NCBI GenBank assembly: GCA_010093605.1
Contig: MU004189.1
Location: forward strand, 1,743,834-1,807,833
Reading direction: 5' to 3'
DNA length: 64,000 nucleotides
Source: Lophium mytilinum
Taxonomy: Eukaryota
Under the pieces are notes generated by a model. The model was given only the letters and a program-made list of their open reading frames with translations, did no database searches and had not been told where the DNA came from. Of the stretch, positions 26,165-38,418 are shown piece after piece. The position numbers were made by a program, and so were the translations under genes. Within the stretch, counting starts at the first letter, position 1. Each line of letters opens with the position of its first letter.

Positions 26165-27073
26165 GCTGTGCTATCTCGTGGTACGTGCAAGTCTGACCTA
26201 GAATGAAACGGAAATATTTTGATGATTTACAGGTTCATTCACCACAAATTACTTTTCAAAGCCAAGCGGGCATATGGAACGGCGTTCAGGAGATACCAAT
26301 GATTATAATGTCAGACCTCTCAAGGCATTGCTTACTCTAGCTTTCGGAAACTTAACATTTCTTACTAGGCTACTGCAACAGGAGTCCACCAGCACGACAC
26401 GAAACGAAGCCTTCCTTGTTGTCCAGTCACGAATAGCTGACTGGATGATTCACTGCAACCATCTACTCTAGAGTGGTTGTGTTCCTCCAGCGACAAACAG
26501 ACTGGTGACACAACGAAGGTACGTGAGTGTGAATCTTAAGGCGTTCAGCGTGTTTTGTTCTTCAAATTTGCACATTATGCCCACACTTCCTTTGATTTGA
26601 TTGGCGATGGATTGGCACCGGCTGGCTTGCATATGTGTCTTGTGCATGGCAAACCGCACAGCGACTCGACTCTATTCGACCCACCGTATTCCTTTTCCCT
26701 GGATTGTTATACGCTCGACGCTACATAACCGAATCGAACCGAATCGACTTCGCTTTCTATTCGGACTTCTCGACACCATTTCCGGACAATAGATGGAGAG
26801 AGGAAGGAAGGAAGGAAGAAAGGCGAAGGGGACTAGCTAGCAGGCTGGGTTGGGGTTGAGTAGTATCGATGCATTCAATTGGACACTGTCGGTTTGTGAT
26901 TTCCCCAAATTTGAATATATGCCCTTTGAAGTGAACCAGCAAGCGCTCCGCCGGCCAAAAGCGACCCCAATTCCCACTACATCGCTCTCTGTGCCTGCAA
27001 ATTCCTATAGAACTAGGCCGTAGATCCAGACACGCGGATATACTATAGCTCGATATTCAGCTTTGCAGGCACA

Positions 27074-27261
27074 GCACCGCTGTGAGGAGTAGCCCGTCCA
27101 GCAGCCGACCAGTTCGTCAATACGTGACCCAACTTGCATTCCTTCAACCTCGACACCCTCAAGTCAAACCCACATCTCCAAAGCCCACTGATACACTCTG
27201 AATTTCAACTACCCTACCTCGCTATTGCCCCTCTAACGCCGCTGTAAGAAGTAGCCTAGCC
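27074..27261 (+). repeat. two degenerate copies, 162 bp apart, of the 57-60 kb array motif
   Basis: GCACCGCTGTGAGGAGTAGCCC (27074) and ACGCCGCTGTAAGAAGTAGCCTAGCC (27236) resemble array copies ACGCCGCCGTCAGGGGCGCCCTACC (58850) and ATACTGCTGTAAGGGGTGGCCTAGC (59175). Confidence 0.55.
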
Positions 27262-27534
27262 CGCAGACACCCAGCCCGCCAAAACCATTTCGATTACGAA
27301 GATACCCGGAAATATTGTATGATGAGCGCTCGAAAGCTGGCGTGCAGTACACATATATGCCTTACTCACGATTGAAGCTCCTGGGTTTAAACAGCTTTTC
27401 TCGCCATTAAAACTTAAGGACTGCTGATATCAAACTCGTTTATGCTGATTGGCTAACCGACCGAAATCCTTGGCACTTCAAGATGAACCTCACAGCATCA
27501 TTGGAACGCCATCATCCATCCTCCTCACCCTGCA

Positions 27535-28548
27535 ATGGCTTCAAAACTAGCACCGCTCGTCTTCCGACGTGCTCCCCGGGTCTTCCGGCAGTTCCAGACA
27601 CCTCAATGGCGATCGTTTACAGCGAAGACGCCCTCGCGGAGCGACTCGCTGCAGGTGGTATGCTGCATCTCTTCCCCGACAGCAACACAGGAAACTCCTG
27701 CTAATACGACGGACAGCACCGCGATTCTTCTGACAACAACCCCTCTATCCCCTTCAAGTTCACGGCCCAGAATGAGGAGATCATCAAAGAGATTCTGAGT
27801 CGGTATCCCAGCCAATACAAGAAGGCCGCCGTGATGCCGCTCCTAGATCTGGGCCAGCGCCAGCACGGCTTCACCAGCATCAGCGTCATGAACGAGGTGG
27901 CTCGGTTGCTGGAAATGCCCCCTATGCGGGTCTACGAGGTGGCGACCTTCTACACCATGTACAACCGCACTCCGGTGGGCCGGTTCCATGTCCAATGCTG
28001 CACCACGGTATGTCGAACGATCTGGTCATTGAGTTTGGGTGACGATATCTAATGGGACTCTATAGACACCCTGCATGCTCCGAGACAGCGACTCCATCAT
28101 GAAGGCCATCGGTGACCACCTCGGAATCCACCACGGCGAAACTACCAAGGACGGCCTCTTCACCTTCACAGAGGTAGAGTGCCTCGGTGCCTGTGCCAAC
28201 GCCCCCATGGTCCAGATCAACGACGATTACTACGAGGACTTGACATACGACACCACTGTGTCGCTACTAAAGGCTCTGCAACACGCCGCTCAAGCGACTG
28301 GCGCGCAACCTGGCGAGGCGGGACTGGGCGGCGAGGCGGGCAAGGGTGCCGTGACAGGCGACGACAGGAATGTGAAGAGCGGGAGCGAGATCAATAAGCA
28401 AGGACGGGCATATGAGGCTGGAGGGGTAAAGGTACCAACACCTGGGCCATTGAGCGGAAGGAAGAGCTGCGAGCCTGCGAAGGGGTTGACATCCTTGACC
28501 GGTGAGCCGTGGGGCAATGAGACGTTGCGTACGGATGGTGCTCTATAG
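27535..28548 (+). CDS. NDUFV2: NADH:ubiquinone oxidoreductase 24-kDa subunit, mitochondrial (NDUFV2/NuoE family)
   Basis: Mitochondrial presequence, [30 protein letters not shown] and [2Fe-2S] cysteines CTTTPC and [12 protein letters not shown]. Introns 27658-27716 and 28008-28065. Confidence 0.96.
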
Positions 28549-28869
28549 TGGGTCTGTATATACCTGTATGTTATTCTATTGGGTTCTTGATCCTCGACTG
28601 CGACGATGCTGTTACTTAGACTATGGTGGACCTTTGATTGAGCTAAGTCCCGCTTCACAGATTAGCGTATAGATCTGGGAAGCCCGTGGAAGTTCCAAGC
28701 ATGTGGTCACGATCCCTTTCGCATTAACCCAATCAATCCTGTGAGAAGCTTCTAGCTTGCTTTACAATCGGTTTGCATTCTTGTCGTAGCGTCAAGAGGC
28801 GTGCAAGACATAGGGTAAATTCACTTTAGACTTAGTCTGAAGTATTTATATGAGGCTAAAGATAGAGGC

Positions 28870-29240
28870 GACTTCGCGCGATTTGCGCCTTGATTCAGGA
28901 CGTTCGATCTCAGACATAGACCATCATCTGTCGGAAGATTACAGTGTGGTGAGATGCATAAAGTGGAGCCAGTCCGTGCGATCTGGACCACGTTTTGGCA
29001 TACTATTGCTATTGGTTGTGAATCAGACTTCGGGATTAAGGTAGGGACCGGAAGCTGGTCTGGTGTCTGTGTGCGACGCCAAAGGGGTAAGAAATTCCGC
29101 GCGATTCGCACTCGCTTTTGGGATGTAAGATCTGGGACGTTGTGAATGGGGTCGTATGATTGGGGTATGTTACGATGTGGTGAGATGTATAAACAGGAGC
29201 CAGTCCCTGTGATTTGGACTTGGTTTTGCCTTGTTATTGT
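28870..29240. repeat. degenerate direct repeat, period ~225-231 bp
   Basis: 28939-29008 and 29170-29239 align without gaps at 55/70 by hand count (core TGTGGTGAGATG.ATAAA..GGAGCCAGTCC). Upstream CGCGCGATT(T/C)GC is also duplicated. Confidence 0.8.
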
Positions 29241-29656
29241 CGGGCGCTATGTATTAGGAGTATGGATACGGGTGTGATAGGAGGCATGGGTTGGCATTGG
29301 TGCTTGGGATTCTTCATCTACTTGGGCCCCTTCTTTTGTTTGAGAACCTTTCCTCTGCCTGAAAATCTCCACTTGCTCGGCTCTGAACGCAAGGGAGCGC
29401 GGACGAACGAGGGTTTCAAAGAACCCTGAGAACTTGAATGAGCTCTTCAAAGCCATTTCAAAGGCCAGAGATACTCTATCCAGTCCAGGGTGTGTCTAAG
29501 ACTTGGTTCCTTGGCGGAGGTTTCACTGTCACAGAACTAAATATAAAACGCCGTCGAGAAGGTCAATATAATTAGGATCTCATACTACTCCAAAAAGACC
29601 GGGTATCATGGGAATTGAAATCACGCATCATACAACCACATAATCTCATAAACCTC

Positions 29657-31113
29657 TCAAGTCTCCTCCGCCACCGCAGTCTCAATCTCACCATCCACCT
29701 TGGCCCCTGCAACTGCTTCCCCATTGCTTTCTTCAACCCTCCATAATCTGATCGTCCGATCCAACCCCGCACTCACAATCACCTGCTGCGTGGGATGCGC
29801 ATCCACGCCCAACACCGCCCCCTCATGTCCCTCGAGCCTTTGCATCACATTCTTAGAGCTCACATCCCACAGCACCACGCTACCGTCCTCGCTCCCGCTC
29901 GCCACAAACGCATACGGGTAATCCCGCGTCCCATACACCCCAAACGCACCACCAATACTATAATTCTTGTTTATATGCCCCTGATACGTCTTCACACACC
30001 TCCCCTTCCCCTCAATATAGTTCCAAAGCCGTATGCAGCTATCCAACGTCCAAGCCAGCACGTATTTTCCGTTCGGGCTAAACCGCACATTTGTGACCGG
30101 GGCGTTGTCCTCGTGCACAAGTGTTCGCAAGCATTGGCCGGTTGCTGTGTCCCATACGCGGATTAAGCCGTCGGAGGCGCATGAGACGATGAGGGTGCCG
30201 TCGCGCACGAAGTCGACGCCGGAGACGGGGTCTGAGTGCGCGGGGAGTGAGCGCATTACGCGGGCGGCGCGCACGTCCCAGAGGAAGACGGCTTCGTCGT
30301 AGGAGCCGCTGACGAGCATGTTGCCTTTTGGGGAGAAGGCGAGGGCGTAGATGTAGTTGTGGTGGCCGAGGAGGGGGACAGGCTGGGGTTGACCCTGGTG
30401 GTAGGAGAGAGGTTAGCAGCTATCTTTGAAGGGCATATTTATTGTGTGGGTGTGATAGCGGAATGGAGATTGCGATCGAAGGTATGGAGAGGGAGGCTCA
30501 CTGTAGTGACGTCCCATAGCCGTATGGACTTGTCATCAGAGCCAGAGGCGAGGATTTTGGAGTCTGGGCTCCATGCTATGGTGGATATACCAGCTAGATG
30601 GCCTTCGAGAGTGTGTGCTAGCTCCCCGGTTTTCGAGTCCCAAATCTTGATTGTTGCATCCGAAGCTGTGAAGATGACTACATTAGTATTCCAAATTACT
30701 CAATACATCAGACAGGCAGCACACTCACAGCAGCTGGCTATCCACCGCCCGTCTGGCGAGAATTTGACGGCGGCCACCCCCTTCTTGTGGCCCCGCAGTA
30801 TGAAGTACGGCTGGTAATGTAATTGAGTAGGTTTCTCTGGCGGAGGAGTCACAATCGCCCCGGACGGGGATCTTGAGCGTCGTCTCGACCGCGACCTTGA
30901 CGAGCGCGGTGATCGCCGATCGCGGTAGTATCGTCTGTCTGCTTCATCGTCGCTGTCGGCGCGACTGTAACTGCGACGCGCCGGTCGCTCGGTGAGGTTG
31001 TATTTGGGGGAGCCGTGGGTCGGGGAGTGGGATAGAGAGCGGCGGCGAGGCGGCGACTCTACATAATTATCGGTGGAGCGGCGACGTTTGGGGGAGCGTT
31101 CTGTGGGGTCCAT
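29657..31113 (-). CDS. SWD3: WD40 COMPASS subunit SWD3/WDR5 with Arg/Ser-rich N-terminal extension
   Basis: GHKKGVAAVKFSPDGRWIASC, SGSYDEAVFLWDVR, LPAHSDPVSGVDF and VRFSPNGKYVLAWTLDSCIRLWNY closely match WDR5 repeats. Two introns. Confidence 0.9.
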
Positions 31114-31441
31114 TGTTAGCAGTTTCGTTGGAGGAGTGTTGTTGCAGCTTCACAAACGTTGGAGATGACGAGGTCATGACAAGCGTACATTTCAGCACGC
31201 CATCACCTAACCGGTATTCACTCTTCATCTTAGTGAATATAATTGCACAAATTGGTCGATGCAGCGGGTCGGCTAATAGTTGATAGAGCTCCATTGGGGT
31301 TTTCTATTACAGATGTTTCACATATCCTGCTAGATCTCGAGATGAAAGATACATGTGCTAACATGAACTATTAGCTAGCTCAAACTGCATCGTCAATAGC
31401 TCTGTTGGTATATCCTTCTCCAACAATGTAAGCTCCAGACT

Positions 31442-32350
31442 CTAACTGAAAGTGGCTACCCCTTTCCATACAACCCTATAAACTTCACATTCAACAGTCG
31501 GCTTCTTCGGATCAATCGCGCGCCATCCCTTTGTGTGGCGTTTCGAATTGTTCGGCGCAGTCCAACTAAAGCGCTCCACTCTCGAAGCAGCTTTTGCGAA
31601 AGAAGACTCGTCTATTCTCAGGACTTCATACGTCCTCAGCCACTGCACATACTCTTCCGCCTCCGCCATGCCTTGATACCTTCCGACCGACATTGGCTGT
31701 GGATCCTTCAACACTTCCACTTCGAACACGAGTTCAGAGCAGGACAACGGTACTTGAATTGGGAAGGCATGGATCTGCCATATTTCCTCTGGGTGCGCCC
31801 ACAATTCAGGCAAACTGGTGTGCCAATTCTTTGAAATCGTGATCTTTTTCCAAAATGTTCCGTCGCCCCGGGTAAACCTATCGAGAAATTCAAAGTTCCT
31901 TTCAAGGGATGGAGTGAAAGAGACGTGCAAGTGGTACAAATTTACCTGTTGTGCTCTCGTGAAGTGGAAAACATAGTAAGGCCAGTCCCTCGCGGTGTAA
32001 ACGTAATGCGTTGCGCTTTGGAGAGGAATTACGCGGGTCTCGTAGTAAATCAACCGGCAGGTCCGGAGAAGTGAGGTGCATGTTCGAACTGGATGCTGAT
32101 GGCTAGGGCGGCAGACTCTAGGTTGAATGCCTCTAAGGTCGATTACACAGGATGTGTCGCGATACTGAGAGCATACGAGCGCGAATATCTGATTACGAAG
32201 TTCCGCAGGTAGCACAGAAAAAAGTGGCGACGCGAGTTGTGAGCTGGAGTTCTCTGGAGTGATGGAAAGGAGAGAGCGGGTGATTGAGCGGCGCTGAATT
32301 TTCCTTTCTCTAAAGGATAAGTCCTTGACAGGACGAGTTTCTGTAGCCAT
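31442..32350 (-). CDS. fungal F-box-like hypothetical protein
   Basis: SPLFSVLPAELRNQIF and SLLRTCRLIYYET are typical of expanded Pezizomycotina F-box-like families. Start placed at MATETR (uncertain). Confidence 0.65.
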   Translation of the reverse strand: MATETRPVKDLSFRERKIQRRSITRSLLSITPENSSSQLASPLFSVLPAELRNQIFALVCSQYRDTSCVIDLRGIQPRVCRPSHQHPVRTCTSLLRTCRLIYYETRVIPLQSATHYVYTARDWPYYVFHFTRAQQVNLYHLHVSFTPSLERNFEFLDRFTRGDGTFWKKITISKNWHTSLPELWAHPEEIWQIHAFPIQVPLSCSELVFEVEVLKDPQPMSVGRYQGMAEAEEYVQWLRTYEVLRIDESSFAKAASRVERFSWTAPNNSKRHTKGWRAIDPKKPTVECEVYRVVWKGVATFS

Positions 32351-33574
32351 AGTATCGGCTTGATTGTATACACGTAGGATGTCCGCTTGCATCATGTAAA
32401 TTAACAACAGCCCAAGCCAGTGCGTGTCAGTGAGAGTCTGCGTTTCTTCGTCGCTGTCTGGGCTGCTTCGATGTACGTCAGATCTCCTGAGCCAATGATC
32501 AGTCATTTGGAGGCAGAGTTTCAAAATCGTCGTAACCCACTGATTCTGGTTCGAAACACCTCAGCCTAGCCTACGAAGTAGCTTACGGAGTCTAGCTACC
32601 AGACCGACTAATGGATTAACGGGTGCTGAAGGGGAACATCAGGTAGCACAGCGACCTATTGTGACGTGTAACGGATCTGCAGGATAGACATTCCATACAG
32701 TCCAGGCAGAGAAAGTATCAACCTTGGCGCGAAGTCGTCCGAGGTCCCTTGGAATTAGGCGATCGTCCCCTTCCGGCTTAGCGTTTGTCGGATGCGAAAT
32801 AGCCAGGCGTCTTAGGTTACTCGGGCAGACACTAACTAGACCTTTATACCCAGGACCCCAGGCTCGGTGTCACAAAGAAAGTGGCAGTCCTCCATACTAT
32901 AATTGGCTTAAGCGAACTGCCAGTTTTTGTGACGCCGAGCCTGGACCCCTCCACTTACTGAGATCCTACTTTTGGACCCAATTATCAATGACGAGGCTGA
33001 GTTCTCATTACCCTGTCTCTTTGTAGGTGGGCTTGAGTGCTCATTCTTTCGGATACCTGCAAATAACCTGTCTGGCTACTCGAGGCAAGGGCGGGCAATC
33101 GTTCACTTCTTTATGATGATCTACCGTATTCTAATCTAGGGACAGCATTAAAGTTGATTGAACGCATTCCCTTGTCACCGGCCGTTAGGTCTCGAGCACT
33201 TGGTAAATGCTGAGCTGGCTCATCATGTGGGCCATCCCCAACATGCATTGCGACTGTGACACGTCAGAATGCAGCAAGCCGATGTTACCAACACAATCTT
33301 CTCGTAAATGCTGCGTAACAAAAGGCTTTATAAACCTGCAGGAGCTATTTCGGCCAATAGAATCTCTCTCATCGACGTCCAGTACCGTAACTTACCTTCG
33401 CAGCCACCTGCACACTAACCACAGCATACGTCAACAGGCTGTACTTATCTACCCCTCCACACTTTCTGTGTGGTCGTGTCCTTAGCAATAACTAGCGAGG
33501 CCCCCAGACTCAGTTGATCCTTTCAGACCGGAAGAATAGCCTTACCAGCCACCCCTGGCTGTGCGTGAAAAATC

Positions 33575-34926
33575 ATGGATCAGCTCACTGGTAGGCCCTC
33601 TAGATCACAGAATAGCGTTGAGATTGATGAATAACTTATAAGAAGCAGTCTTGGACCTCGTGGACGACGACGATGGGGATGTCCCTGTCATCACTCAAAC
33701 GAAAAGTAAGAAGAAGGGGAAGAAAACAGCTCAGCGCGGTAAAGGAAAGCAACGAGAAGACCCAGTCACCCCTTCAGCTAGCAATTCGGAGAAAGTTGCA
33801 GAGAGTATCATCTTAGATGATGACGGCGACGTCACCCTCATTGTTGGTAATCTGTCGACCAAAATTCGCGTGTCCTCTCAGGTCCTACGCCTCGCTAGCC
33901 CGGTGTGGAAAGCCATGTTCAGCGACCGGTTTGCGGAGAGCCAGGCTTCTGAAGTCGAGTTTCCCGATGACGACGAGGAAGCATTACTTGTCGTACTCAG
34001 AGTGGCCCATCTGCATTTTCTCCAACTTCCGCCTGCGACCCCAATGCCATTTCACCGGCTGCTCGACCTTGCGGTGATATGCGATAAGTACGACACCGTG
34101 AAGATTGTGCGACCATTCATCACTGCCTGGAGCCAGAACCTCGAGGAGCTATCCCTCCAGAACGGATACGAGGAGTCACTGTTCATCGCTTGGACATTCG
34201 GCTACCACAGCATATATAAGTCCCTTGCCTCAAGGCTGGTCCTTTCCGCCATCATAGGGCCAGATGGAGAGTGCTTAAACAGCGGAGGCGACTTTCTCGG
34301 CCCGACAATGCCGTTAAATTCCATCGGTGAGCACGAGCCGGCCTCCATACCCCTATAGCGCATTTCGCTATTGTAAAATTCTCAAGGACTTCCCATTACC
34401 CTTCTTTATCAGTCTAAGCACAGTTATATTGCTACTACCTAAGGCCTCGAGTGCGCTCGTGAATAATCCTCAGAAACTGACTATATATCAAGAAACTATC
34501 CTCAAAGTTAGAGAAGATACCATATCAACTCTTTTAAATACGTGCTACAAGAAGTTCGACGCTACTCTAGCCACTCCCCATGTCTGTACGGTCAATCAGA
34601 AACATGTCGAAGCATGTCATGCCTCGATTGTCGGCTCTTTAGTCCGAGGATTCCATCAGCTTGGGTTATTCCCGGACCGTCCTGCTGCCTCAGAAATATC
34701 GCTAAACATCAGCGAGCTTTCGGCATCACTCATCAACCTACCGATATATTCTTGCAAGACAAACACTGGGTCTTCCTACAACTATGACTACAATACCATC
34801 CGGGATCATACTGCATGCACGAAAGCAGCTCAGCTATCCGATCCCATCCAAGATATCCTCAAGAATATCCCATCGGCGGCCCTAGACTCCCACAAAACGC
34901 ACATGGACGAGCAGGCCAAGAAGTAG
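33575..34926 (+). CDS. BTB/POZ domain protein
   Basis: LDDDGDVTLIVG...IRVSSQVLRLASPVWKAMF...FPDDDEEALLVVLRVAH...LAVICDKYD is a fungal BTB domain. Probable introns ~33591-33642 and ~34328-34491. Confidence 0.85.
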
Positions 34927-35633
34927 AGTGATGATAGTGAAGAACTTGAAACGAGAACGCTTTTAGATTCGTCTTGATACAGTGGTGAACACCATCACGC
35001 TTATTAGTGCTGGCTGGGAAGCTACATTATCGATATAAGCGCCTGGAAATTACCCTTTCTTTCCGACTTTCATTTATCTTCCGAATGTTCGATCTACTCC
35101 TCTCTTGTTCCCATATAACAGCCCTTAGTCGCACCTACACCTAGCAGATATCACTTCAGGTCTAGAAATCTCCTTTCAGTCGCACACCAAGGTCGAGTCT
35201 CGAAATAAACATATATGGTAGAAACAAAACGTTTGTGTCTTTAATTGCAGCCTCTCGCTCCATGCAAAGTTCCCATCGCTCGCTAAAGGTATATCTAAAA
35301 AGCCTCATGCCCATGTGAAATGATGTTCTATGTGGTATAGAAGGCGAACATAAGTAGAAAACCTGGCACGTTCGGCTCCATGCTGTTTTCACCGCCGTGG
35401 TGGAAGAAATCCGAAATCATCAAAACCTATTGCAGCCCGCCTAAGATCCATTCAAGGTAGAAGAAACCGAGGGTATTCGCGTAGAGAGCCCAGGGAAGAA
35501 ATAACACCAAATCTATGTCGCCTCCAATCTTGAAACCGAAAGCGAGGGATATCGAGTAAGAAGATCCCGTCAGGACATCCGGTTTGCGGGCTGCTGTTGT
35601 GTGTCGTCCATCATTACTGCAGCTTTCCTCGTC

Positions 35634-36662
35634 TCAGGTAGCAAATACGAACTTCCTCTCTCCCATGCAGCCCCACATCTCCTCAATCACCTCCTCCTGG
35701 CCACTCGGCGCTCCTCTTACAGCCAGATACAGCCGCCCTTCCAGACTCGGGTCCCAATCGCCAGGATTAGCGCTCGCCACCATCCCGCCTGCTTCCTCGA
35801 GGATAATCCATCCGGCACAGACGTCCCAGATCCAGCACCCGCCTTCCCAGAAGACGTCAATGCTGCCCGCGGCCACGTAGCAGAAGTCAAGCGCCGCGGA
35901 GCCAGAACAGCGGATAGAGTGCACCATCGCGCCGCCCACGGTCTTCGCGCTCATCAACTTCCGGGTCATATCGGTCCGAAGGTCCCAGTTCGGGCCGCTG
36001 CGCTCACTGCCCCACTCCACAGCCACGAGACAGCCGTCCAATCCAGTAAGGGGAGTAGGATTCTGGCGGATTGGTAGCTTGTGAATAGAGCCGTTTGGCC
36101 TTTGGAGAAAGGCACCGCGTCCTTTGATGGCGGTGTAGAGCTCGTTTCTGAATGGGTTGAAAACAACGCCGATTACGGGCTTTTTGGACACTGTGAGAGC
36201 GAGCGAGATCGCGGTGTTGGGGAAGCCGTGGATGAAGTTCAATGTCCCGTCGATAGGGTCACAGACAAAAGTAGGTGCATCACTGAGCTTTTGGCCGTCT
36301 TTTAAGGTCTCTTCTCCGAGGAACTCGAAGTCAGGGTACGTGGCCCTGAGACGCGAGGACACCATACTCTCAACGGCCTTATCGGTTGCGGTCACACGGT
36401 CGCTGCTGTTCCGTTTTGAGTCGGAAGTGTCCACGGACGGGTCTGCGGCGAGCATCATGTCGCCTCCTTCCTGGGCGATTGAGACCAGGGTATCTTTGAT
36501 TGATACAAGGTCCATTTGATCGATCAGACAGTCCAGCAGGGCTTTGTTCACATCTTGGAAGGATGAAATGGAGGATGTGATTGAGGTCGCTGGGGTGTTC
36601 GCCGAGCTGCAGTCTGAGACTTCTGGTGTCGCCAGAGCGGAGGAATGGGTTGAGGGAGCCAT
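35634..36662 (-). CDS. inositol monophosphatase family protein (QutG/IMPase-like)
   Basis: Motifs VTATDKAVE, FLGEE, FVCDPIDGTLNFIHG, GSAALD and WDVCAGWIILEEAGG. Intronless. Confidence 0.93.
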   Translation of the reverse strand: MAPSTHSSALATPEVSDCSSANTPATSITSSISSFQDVNKALLDCLIDQMDLVSIKDTLVSIAQEGGDMMLAADPSVDTSDSKRNSSDRVTATDKAVESMVSSRLRATYPDFEFLGEETLKDGQKLSDAPTFVCDPIDGTLNFIHGFPNTAISLALTVSKKPVIGVVFNPFRNELYTAIKGRGAFLQRPNGSIHKLPIRQNPTPLTGLDGCLVAVEWGSERSGPNWDLRTDMTRKLMSAKTVGGAMVHSIRCSGSAALDFCYVAAGSIDVFWEGGCWIWDVCAGWIILEEAGGMVASANPGDWDPSLEGRLYLAVRGAPSGQEEVIEEMWGCMGERKFVFAT

Positions 36663-38418
36663 TTTCGGACGATGAAGGCTGAAACCAGAGAGCTTGGAAA
36701 TCTTGTCCACAATGTGCTTGGAGACGGCAGTGCTCTGGAACTTGATATCTCTCGAGAGGCTTCCAGAGGTGTGGTAGACGGAGCGTTGGTGGGGTTATAT
36801 CTTTTTGGTTTGAGCTAGGAAGCGGAAGAAGATATGGCAGTGGAGCAAACACAAATAAAACGCGTCGGGCAAGTTCAGCTCAACTGAATTGTCAATCTCG
36901 CCGGCTGATAACGTGATACTTGAGATTGATAAGAAAAGTCGGAATCAGACGTCACGAAGACTCGGGATGGCAACGTCAGTATGTGACACAGCTATCTCTT
37001 CCAAGCAAAGGAGCAACAGAGCACAGTAGATAACGATTAATCAGAGCAGGAACGAGAGATAGGGTACAGGAGCCGGCGCAGAGGGGGAGAGGGGCTTTAA
37101 GAAAGTAGCTGGAGCAACAGCACGCGATAGCGGGCGCAACGTGGTGAACTGGTGGTTGATATTGAACCAGGAGGCTGCTGCACGCTCTAACCAGTAGCAC
37201 GCGGATTGCCGGTTCCAAGATTCATGATGCTGCACCAGCAGGGGAGAGATAGCAGGTAGCTCCTTGACCCAAGCCGTCGGTGCAACAAGCAACGGCCAGC
37301 TTGTGATAGTGGCCCTCATATTGGCCCTCATTCTCTCCGCCCCTTCACCAGTCCGGCCTGATTTGGGGCCAGAACCTCGGCAATCATTCCGTTCGGCCAT
37401 CGTCGCCAGGATGCGGGCAGGGGGACTGGGGGATACTTATCAGCCACGCGAGTCGAAAGACGGGAGCCGGGGAGCTTGTTCAACGACCACGCGATGTCGG
37501 GGTCCTGGATATGGCCGGGCGAGCCGTGAGTAGCTAGCACCCAGGTGCTGCCGAAGCTTGTATAAGGCTCAGGCCAACCTCATGTTTCCCCTCCCTTGCG
37601 ACTTCATCAAACGGCAAGAAGCACAGTGCCAGACCACGTTGTGTGCACTTCCGAACGCACCCGAGGCGCCGCGATTGGGCCTGAGGAGCAATTGAGTCAA
37701 GGTGTTGACCATTCTGCTCGATCGGCATGTGGAGTCTGATAGACACTCCACTACGGCGAAGGCGAATAGTGGACCTGAACCCGGAAACTTCCTTTCGCGA
37801 ATGAGATGGCCAGATCTGGGGCCTGTGAGCTGGGGTTTGGCCGCTCACGTCTCCTCGAAGGGCAGACTTCTGGGAAATTTCCTCGTACGTCACGGAGAGG
37901 GTGCATATTCACTCCGAGCATCCGAAGGCGTCCTGGGTACTCACACCGCTCGATGAGTTTGTTGAGACACACGTAGCGCATACGACACGGGCATTGTCGT
38001 GGTGGGCTGCTTGTGCAGTATCCCGGAAGATACATTGGCGAGAGGGGAGGGCAAACATTGTGGATATTGGACCGTGCACCACGCTCCCAAAGGTCTCCTG
38101 GTAACATATCATACGTGCAATCTCTAGCATGTGCGAATAATCTCTACGGATACCCACAATCGCTCTCTACAAGTTTTCCTGCTTTCTTAAGGTGGAGTCT
38201 GGAGATAATCTGAAGTGAAAGTAGTCTCGGTGCCGTAGCGCTAATCCCAACATGGCGTCTTAGGCGAGCTTCTTGTGTCGATCCCGATCTCCATATCTTG
38301 GCACCCCTCCGTGCCCTCTTCCCGGTCCCCCTAGCATCCGCCGAAGACAGACCGCTTGCACTTCACAGGCGTGGAATCACCAATCATGGTCCTGCCTCAC
38401 ATATACTTATAATGAGCA

